64,000 bases of DNA, from positions 29,946,001 to 30,010,000 of the forward strand of contig NC_043005.1 of NCBI RefSeq assembly GCF_006345805.1. Reading direction: 5' to 3'. Shown in pieces: positions 55,156 through 64,000 of the stretch (the stretch's first letter is position 1; each line of letters starts with the position of its first letter). The notes below the pieces were generated by a model. It did no database searches. It was not told where the DNA came from and was given only the letters and a program-made list of their open reading frames with translations. This DNA comes from Octopus sinensis. Taxonomy: Eukaryota. The translations under genes and the position numbers were made by a program.

Positions 55156-55253
<98 letters not shown>

Positions 55254-55282
55254 TATAATAATAATAATAATAATAATAATAA

Positions 55283-55544
55283 GTGGCTCTCATGGCTTCT
55301 GATCTGTGGCTCTCATGGCTTCTGATCAGTGGCTCTCATGGCTTCTGATCTGTGGCTCTCATGGCTTCTGATCTGTGGCTCTCATGGCTTCTGATCTGTG
55401 GCTCTCATGGCTTCTGATCTGTGGCTCTCATGGCTTCTGATCTGTGGCTCTCATGGCTTCTGATCTGTGGCTCTCATGGCTTCTGATCTGTGGCTCTCAT
55501 GGCTTCTGATCTGTGGCTCTCGTGGCTCTCATGGCTTCTGATCT
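55283..55544. repeat. 23-bp tandem array GTGGCTCTCATGGCTTCTGATCT, 11 full units plus a 9-nt partial
   Basis: Counted directly; the full units differ by only one substitution (unit 2). Confidence 0.95.
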
Positions 55545-56084
55545 TAACTGATTGGAAGTGTTATCATGTACATTGTTTTGTCTTGGTATAAAAGATGGGC
55601 TACAGCAAATATTCTGCTCAATACCACAGATTTGCTTGTCAGTTGTTTGACCTTAACCAGTTGAGCATGTCCCTTAGTGGCTGACGATATGTGCATCTCT
55701 GATCACGAGCAGAAGTAGTGGGGGAGCATCATAGCCATGTGTTGAGAGGGATTCTTTGGGGTTTGAATAGTTCACCTCTGGAAACATGGGTGGTTCTTTC
55801 AACATCCTTAAGCAACCCTTATTCAGGGACCGTTTGAGCGGGATGGGCTACTCAACCTGAAGAAAATTCTAACTGGGCCCCACCTGCAAGGTCATGTGCT
55901 GTTTATCTTGATATGAGATCACCATGTCGCGCACATATGGTTGTGATGCATGTGCCTGGTGTACCTTTATCAGACGGGTAGTCATGATGGGTATACTGGG
56001 CTTCGTATATTTTACCCCAGTGTCACTTTGATGGCATGAACTGCTCTCTCACTCAATAATAATAATAATAATAATAATAATAAT

Positions 56085-56440
56085 CTTAATTGAGAAAGAA
56101 AGCAAACTATGCTGGATCATAGATTATAACATGCCCAGCTGACAACAAGGTATGTGATAAGGAAGAAAGAAAAGTCGATAGATATGACAGGTTAGCTTGG
56201 GAGGTTAAGCAGTTGTGGTTGATTGTCAGAGCCCTGAGAACAGTGAGCAAAAATCTCAAGAAGTACGTGGAACAAATAGGGGCTGCAATAAGGGTGGAGC
56301 GCTTGCAGCAAACAGCACTGCTTGGAACCACTCGAATACTCCAGAAGGTGCTCGAAAAATAAGAGGTGTTACATTAGTTCACTGGTAGTGAACAGCTGAC
56401 ACCGCAGTACATCTCCAGCATTAGAAACTGTGCAAAGGCA
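56085..56440 (+). mobile_element. R4/Dong-like LINE 3' end, second subfamily
   Basis: LCWIID..PADNKVCDKEERKVDRYDRLAWEVKQLW...LQQTALLGTTRILQKVLEK*; (TAA)n on both sides. Confidence 0.8.
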
Positions 56441-56464
56441 ATGATAATGATGATAATAATAGTA

Positions 56465-56495
<31 letters not shown>

Positions 56496-56496
56496 T

Positions 56497-57720
56497 ATCT
56501 TGGTATTTTACAATTAAGCCAGGTGATGAACACCAAGATGAAGGAGAAAATTTCTTCTAAATATATGAAGAGAGTTAAACAGCTTTGTAAATTTAAGATG
56601 AATTGAGGAAAACTTTGTTAAAGGCTTCAACATGTGGTTTGTAGGTGTGATACAATACTTAACAAGAGTTGTGGAATGGACAAAGGAAGAACTGGTAAAT
56701 ATGGATAGAAAAGCAAGGAAGGTAATGGCTATGAATGGGTTCCTTTATACTAGAAGTAATGTATCAAGGCTTAGAAAGGAAAGTGGGAGTGATTGGAATA
56801 GAGGATAGTGTTGTGAAGGAGGTCAAGCCCTTGCATGCCTATCTGAGGAATAGTGATGAAAGAATGTGGTCGGCTGCATTGAGTGAGATGGGGGTCAATG
56901 ACAATGGGGAATTAACCAGGAGTACAAAATGAGAACTAATGAAGAAATGATCATTGACTGGAAAGAGAAAGTTACACATGGAGAGTTTTTCCAACAAACA
57001 TTGGTTGAAGCTGGTGAAGAACCCTGGAGATGATTAAGACATGTTTTTAAAGAAGGAGACAAAAGGACTGATTCTTTCTGCTCAAGAACAAGCTTTATGA
57101 ACCAACTCAATCAAGTGTAGCATTGATAAGACAGCAGTACCACCTTGATGTAGACTATGGGAAAAATCATCTGAGACAGTTCAACAAATAATTAGAAGAT
57201 GCTCAAAGCTGGCCTAAAAGGAGTACCAAAAACGCCATGAGAGAGTGATATGAGCACCAACCTTTTCCAATTGCAGAGAATGGTCAGGTGAAGTTCACAT
57301 GGAATGTGCCTATATACACAAGTAACAAGCTGCAACATAATTGACCAAATATAACTTTGGGAGGCGTCCAAAGAATGGGCCTTCATTGATGTAGTTATAC
57401 ATGCAAACCAGAATATTGTGAATACAGAAAACAAGGAAGTCAGGAAGTACCAAAACCTAACTTTGGAAGTGAAACGAATCCATAGAGCCTCAAGAGTGTG
57501 AGTGGCACCTATTGTGATTGGTGCACTTGGGACCATCTCAGAGAGAGCAATATTTTGACATCAAAAGCTGCAAATACCAAACTTCATAGAAAGTATTCCG
57601 TTGTCAGAAATATTTGGAAGAGATCATGTGTTGAGGGGAGTGTAGCATCTCTAAGCTGAGGGATGGAGCTGTGACATGGCAGAGATAAACCAGGAGATGT
57701 TAAGTAAGTAAATGATGAAT
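56497..57720 (+). mobile_element. R4/Dong-like LINE, post-RT region to endonuclease, degenerate
   Basis: LGILQL...EWTKEELVNMDRKARKVMAMNG, CRL..K..ETV.QI..CSKLA zinc-knuckle remnant, APIVIGALGTI. Confidence 0.75.
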
Positions 57721-58365
57721 AATAATCCTTTCTACTGTGGCCAGATGGACTGAAAGTTTGTAGGAGGGAACCAGGGGATTACATCAACCCCAGTGTTCAG
57801 ATGGTATGTATTTTATTGACTTCTGAAAAGACAAAAGGCAAATTCAACCTTGGTAGAATTTGAACTCAGAATGTTGAGCCAGAAGAAATATTATGATTAT
57901 TGTTTAGCATGTTAACGATTCTGTCAGTTTGCCTCTTTGATAATAATTATAATAATTATTTCTGTTACTGGCACACAGAAATTTTAAGGGAGAGGGCTAG
58001 TCAATTACGTTGACCCCTGTGTACCAGTGGTACTTAGTTTATTGACCCCTAAGGATGAAAGGCAAAGGCAACCATGACAGAATTTGAACTCAGAACATAA
58101 AGACAAACGAAAAACTGCTCAGCATTTTGCCTGGCTTGCTAACGATTCTGCCATCTCACTGCCTTAGTAATGATAATTACAATAATAGCTATAATTCTGT
58201 CAAGTTTTAGGGGAGGGGGGAGAGGGGTTAACTGATTACATCCACTCCTATACTTGATGGGTACTTATTTTATTTTATCAACACTGAAAGAAGAAAAGGC
58301 AAAGATGACCTTGGTAGGGATTGAACTCACGTTATAATATCCAGAAGAAATGCTGCTAAATAATG

Positions 58366-58410
<45 letters not shown>

Positions 58411-58595
58411 GTATGTATATTAATCAAAGTGTACTGTATTATATATCCATTATGGCCAATCTTAGCAATTGGTTTCATATTGGGTATTAATCTGATGTTA
58501 GATAATAGCAGAATGAAGTAATACCATGTACTTGTTTGAGCTGGCAGATGTAGAAAAGAACTCTCTCTTAATCTCTCTCTCTGTCTCTCTCTCCA

Positions 58596-58632
<37 letters not shown>

Positions 58633-60174
58633 TAGTGGGGTCTAGTCTCATTGTCATTATTTTATTCTATGCTAAGGCTTCTTAGATCAATATTTAATTG
58701 ATCTAGATGAAAATTTTTAATTGTTTATTAATAATAGCACATCAGGAAATTAGTTGCATTGGAATTATTAAGTTCAGTTTTAGCTCATTATTGTATTATA
58801 GAAGACTTGTGATATGTCTGTGTGTGTGTAATGGCCTGCAGATAATAACACGTTTTCTATGGGCTCTTTGACTAAATTCTTTTTCATAATGGAAGGCTTT
58901 CCTGAAACATGCTCGAAGCATTAAACAAGTTATGTATGGCAATACAATAGCCTTGTCTTTGTCGTCATCACCATCACCTTATACATTTTACCTAACTTCT
59001 CACCTGCATAGCTTAAAAGTCTTTTTAAGAATATTCATGTTATGTACACATTGTAATGCTTAAAGCAAATTACAATAGTCATACACACACACGCACACAC
59101 AGAGTAAAATAAGGATTCAGATAGAATCAGGTACTTGAAAAGATATGCACCAGGTAGGGTTGGAACCTGTGGTGGTAAGTATCAAATAGGATATTCCAGT
59201 TGTGTACACAGTGAAAACCAACCGTATGAGTGTTTATCCCCTAGGAGCTGGTCCAAATCATGTGTTACTTTGAATAGTACGTTGTTGGTATACTCTAGGG
59301 TGTCTGACAACTCGTAAATCCCCTTGGTGTATTATAATCAAATGAATAATGATATACATATATACATATATACACATGCGAGCACACATACATAAGTAGT
59401 TTTTGTTTTCTTTTTTTTGACATGAGTAGACGTGTAAAAAGAAAAGAGAAAAGTTGAAAATGCACTTTGAGTCATTAAAATATTTTTTCACATATACTCA
59501 ACTGGTTTAACAAGTCCATGATTTTTGAAAAATAGTGTGAATTGGAAGGACCTGGCGCCATGCTCTATTTGTCTGTTTTGTTCAGAACTTTTGTTCTAAA
59601 AAAAAATCTCTTTATTTGAGCAAATAAAAAAAGGGTGTCTATTGATAAATACAAACCACAACGGAAACATATTGGTTTCAACTTCTGGCACAAGGCCAGC
59701 AATTTTGGAGAAAGAGTTAAGTTGATTACATCGACCCCAGTACTCAACTGGTACTTATTTTATCAACCCTGAAAGGATAAAAGGCAAATTTGACCTCAGC
59801 GGAATTTGAACACAGACCATAAAGATAGATGAAATGTCACTAAGCATTTTGTTAATGATTCTGCCAGCTCCCTGCCTTAAGCTATGACAACATATTGAAC
59901 AAACACATAAGAGAACTGTATTTCATCATCTTGCACACAAAAAAAGAAAACCATGAATTCACAAACAATTAAGCTATTTCTCTGAGCTCTTTTGATGACC
60001 TGTTGTTCATACTGCCACATGGCACATTCACCAGATTAACACAACCTTGGCTTTTAGCCTGCATCAACCAAACAAATTTTACCTCATCAGATGGTAATTT
60101 GAGCTATAATCTCTCCATAAAAAGGGGAAAATTTTCCACTCAGAATCAAAAGAAATACAGCTTAGCCCCAGGTT

Positions 60175-60215
<41 letters not shown>

Positions 60216-61689
60216 AAACAGGAAGAGAGAAACGGGAAAGAGAGGTAAAGAGAGAGAGAGATGGGAATGGGAGATAAAGAGAGAGAGAGAGGAGAGAGAC
60301 GGAAATTGGAAAGAGAGGTAAGGAGAGAGAGAGAGAAGAGGCAGAAAGCGTAAAAGAATGAACAAAAGCCAGGTAGAAATGGAGAACTGAGAAAGCAAAA
60401 TCCAAGTGGAAAGCATTCATTAGTTTCCTAGCATTGTATTTACAGCAAAAATCCAAACAAAACTATTTTTTTCATTATACATCTTTATTATTTTCTTTTC
60501 ACAACTGTAAGAAAACATGAATCTAATATATACATTTTTTGTGACTCAGTATTAGTTTTTGTTTGGGGGACAAAAAATCAATCAGTAATTTTTGACACAA
60601 TAAAGTATTTGTATTCCATATTGTATTCTAATCTTTGCTATACGAAAATCGATCAAAATGATTTCCGAGCAATTTCAAAGGAAGCAAAGCTCTCTCTATT
60701 CAATAGATTTTGCTCCTCATATTTTAATAAACTGTAATTTTCTATTCCTATTCACATCATGAAATATTTCTGCTCACCTATTTCTCATATTTGGTCAAAT
60801 ATTCCATAAGACCTTGCTTGATAATTTCATGTTTTACTTAATGTTATTGCTCTTAGAGAAGCAACAAAAAGTTGTATTTATATGTTCATATATTTCCTAA
60901 CATTTCTTAACAGTAATGACAAAAATACAAAACCATATTTTTTTTTTTTTACATCACAGTAATTTACAAAGAAAAATTTCTTGAGGTGTATTTTCTTCAC
61001 CATATTGCAAGAATTTATAACTTCCCACATGATTATAACTACTTCAGTTATATATTGAGATAATCTCAGATTCCTACTGAACTGTTTGTTACCAAGTTCT
61101 TTCCATCAACTTCTCTTTTTTTTAATACTATGCATTGTATATCATACCAAAATCTTGCCATAATTTCTGTCTTTCTTTACTTGGTATGCCACTGCTTTCT
61201 GTCCCTTTAACTCTTTTCCAATGAATTGTAGTGCATCTCCCTGTACTGTATACAATAAGCTCATTATTGTTATTTGCAGACACACAAGCAGCTTTATGTT
61301 CCAAGTTCAAATGCTGCCGTAAATGACGTTACTTTCATTCTCTCAGGGCCAATAAAATGAGTACCAGCTGGGTTCTGGGGTTGATGTACTCAACTCACTT
61401 TCTCCCATTAAAATTGTTGGCCTAGTGTCAAAATTTGAAGCTGACAGAATTGTTAGCATGCCGGACAAAATGCTTAGCAGCATTTCATCTGTCTTTGTGT
61501 TCTGAGTTCAAATTCCACCAATGTCAGCTTTGTCTTTTATCCTCTCAGGGCCAATAAAATAAGACAGCAGTCAAGAACTGGTGTCAATGTAATGGACTAA
61601 TCCCCCCCCCCACCAAAATTTTAGGCATTGTGCTGCTAATAGCAGAAAGGATTATTATTGCACAGAACAATAAAACCATTTCACACACA

Positions 61690-62200
61690 CTTGCACAGTG
61701 TCTGAGAATTGTTGACTTGTGGAGTTCTGTTGAACAGCTGTTATTACATGTGGGATGAATCCAATGATGGCCAAAATCCATCATGTGGTTCACCCCACCA
61801 CCCACCTTTAACAAGGCAGGGCAGACAGTTCCTCTCTGTCCAGTGGTTGTGGTGAAAGAGATTATATGTTGGACGAGGTTGAAAGGATTGAGGACAGACA
61901 TCTCCCTCTTTGGCCAAGCCCTCATCAACTATTTAAAGTTCCATTTGGGAATGGAAATGAGGATGGAAAGCAAAGTGCCACCTCTCAGTGAATTTGTGAG
62001 AAGATGGGTGACTATGGCAAAAATGATTGCAGCGAACCCCTCTGTTCTAAGTGTGAGGTTGTAGATTGGAGAGCAGGAGAGAGGGCTCATGCTTTTGGTG
62101 ATCAGGATAATCCTGGATCTGTAGGGTTCTTTGATTCCTGGTTGGAGTTTCTCCTGCATCAGGAGGATTGCATCTTTCGTGTTGTCACATATTATGGATG
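61690..62200 (+). mobile_element. Probable LINE (L1/Tx1-like) C-terminal fragment
   Basis: VVKEIICWTRLKGL...ALINYLKFHL...SEFVRRWVTMA; an isolated intronic ORF remnant with no splice support. Confidence 0.35.
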
Positions 62201-62434
62201 CTTTTATTGCATTTCACTGTCTTTCTGTTTCTTTTTTTTTCATCCTTTATGTAAATCCACACACAAACTGTTGTCTGTCCACCTTATGTATGCCCTTGTG
62301 GCTACTAAAAAGAATTATTATTATTATTATCATTGATTTGAATCAGATTCGGTCTTATTCCTGACAGAATTTATGCATGTAGCAGGTTACTACCTGTAAC
62401 CTTAGGCATATCCACAAGCTTTCAATAGTCTTTC

Positions 62435-62570
62435 AAGTGCTTAAGACCTTCCTTGTAATCTCTGCTGTCCCTAAGTGGCAAACTTTCTGTTGAAGCTCAC
62501 CAGAACATTCCATTCCAATCTCCTTCAACCATTTGTCTATATATTTGCTTACTGTTCCCAATGCACCAAT
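62435..62570 (-). mobile_element. R4/Dong-like LINE extreme C-terminus
   Basis: IGALGTVSKYIDKWLKEIGMEC..ELQQKVCHLGTAEITRKVL. Confidence 0.7.
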
Positions 62571-62969
62571 TGTTACAACCTTTATTATTATTGTTGTCAT
62601 CATCATTGTCATCTTTGTCGTAATATGGTGGTGAGCTGGCAGAATTGTAAACACAACAGGTAAAATTTTTAGCATTACTTTGTCTATCTTTACGTTCTGA
62701 GTTAAAATTACACTGAGGTCAACTTTGCCTTTCATCCTTTCACAGTCGATACAATACCAGTCAAAAATTGGGACCAATGTAATTCACCTAACCTTCTCCT
62801 GAAACTGCTGGCCTTGTGCCAAAACTTAAAACCATTATTATTATTATTATTATTACTTTCTCTATCTCTGTCTCCCCTTCTCTCTCATTTGCCTCTCCCT
62901 ATATCACACTCTCTCCCTCCTCTTTCTCTTTCCCTCTCTCTCATCATATCTTCTATCTTTATTTTCCAG

Positions 62970-63099
62970 ACTGATGAAGAAATAACAAAACACCTCCCCA
63001 TTGTGATGCCAATCTTCTCTCGCAACACATGCAGCATTCCAAAATCTCAATGTAGCTTCATTGAGTATTTCGTTCAAGGGATGTTTGAATCGTGGTCAG
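62970..63099 (+). CDS. PDE8: PDE8 exon 9 in window (TDEE...NTCSIPKSQCSFIEYF...SWS)
   Basis: ttccag acceptor, GTAAGT donor at 63100; 130 nt, phase 0-1. TCSIPKSQ with the invariant substrate-binding Gln. The last coding exon(s) lie beyond the window. Confidence 0.96.
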
Positions 63100-63399
63100 G
63101 TAAGTTAGCATTTACTTCTGTAACACTGGACTACCATGGAGCAGAAACATATCACATGTTAGTTGTACCATGTGCTACATGCCACATCAAAATAGTTGTG
63201 AAATAACTTGTCATTATTGATCATCATCATCGTCATCATCATTGTCATTCCTTTCTATATTGCCCTCATCGTCTTCTCCCTTGTGCATCTCATTCCCACA
63301 TGGTAGCATGGGATGGATGAATATATTAATGTCATTTTTTAACAACCAGACATTTTTGCTGTTGCAAACCCTTAACTGTTTTTACAACTAAAGGATCCC

Positions 63400-64000
63400 T
63401 TATTTGATTTGTCCTCAAAGATGTAAAACAAATGGGCAGACTGTTGATTGGATAAGTTTCAACTGCAACAACACTGCTTGCAGAAAGACGACCAGAAGAC
63501 AACCAACATGGAGAAGAAGGATCTGGAAGCTCAAAGATCCTGCAAATGGACAGAGATATAGAGACATATTACTCAAATCCTTTGACAAAATAGAAGGAGA
63601 TATAGCTTCACACGGTGTAGAAGACAACTGGAGGTTTCTACAGGACAACCAGCTGAGAGCCACTGACCAGATCTGTGGATGGTGCAATGTCCCCTCTCGA
63701 CCCAAAATAACGTGGTGGTGGAACAATGTTGTAGACAGGGCTATTAGAGAAAAGAAACAGGCTTGGAAGGACTGAAAGAACGGTGATAGCAGAGAACTGT
63801 ATCAGACTGCTTGAAGAGAAGCTAGGAGACAGGTTTAATTAGCCAGAGGGGAAGCAGATAAGAAAAAATTTGCCAATGTTCTGTGCCATGAGGACCAAAG
63901 ACTTGAGGTATTTCATGTTGAAAGACAGTGTGTAAGAGAGAATCGTGATGTAGGAGAGAAATGTGTTCGCATGAATGATAGTTCTCTTGCACTAAATGAG
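63400..64000 (+). mobile_element. RTE LINE fragment (endonuclease-RT linker), cut by the window end
   Basis: RRIWKLKDP...VEDNWRFL...ICGW...TWWWNNVVDRAIREKKQAWK; homologous to the degenerate piece at about 27140-27430. Confidence 0.75.

Noticed and set aside
55283-55544. CRISPR-like appearance of the 23-bp array (and of the 19-bp array at 3130)
   Set aside because: The units are contiguous with no unique spacers, there are no cas genes, and the context is a eukaryotic intron.

Overview
AT-rich, microsatellite-dense eukaryotic genomic DNA. The repeat landscape suggests an octopus or other coleoid cephalopod; this is an inference from repeat families I recognise, not proven. The only host gene is a + strand PDE8-family cAMP phosphodiesterase, present as nine internal GT-AG exons (322-489, 4974-5019, 8880-9021, 24075-24273, 25949-26079, 35523-35609, 38516-38654, 54176-54352, 62970-63099). 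These splice with compatible phases into one open 1219-nt frame (406 codons + 1 nt) covering the pre-catalytic region and most of the PDEase domain; both gene ends lie outside the window. About 98% of the window is intron, filled with dead transposons (mariner, DD41D-like, MITEs, RTE, R4/Dong-like and Penelope-like elements), tRNA-derived SINEs and simple repeats. Nearly all supplied ORFs are microsatellite or transposon translations. The most interesting signals are: (i) hammerhead-ribozyme motifs in Penelope-type repeats at five intronic loci, one with a full conserved core and a GUC site on the pre-mRNA strand; (ii) a 198-bp-arm hairpin with a single mismatch; (iii) a minisatellite amplified from a transposase coding motif; (iv) a triplicated splice-acceptor module; (v) a TAA-embedded cluster of site-specific LINE fragments. 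I see no prokaryotic system, CRISPR array or true tRNA/rRNA gene.
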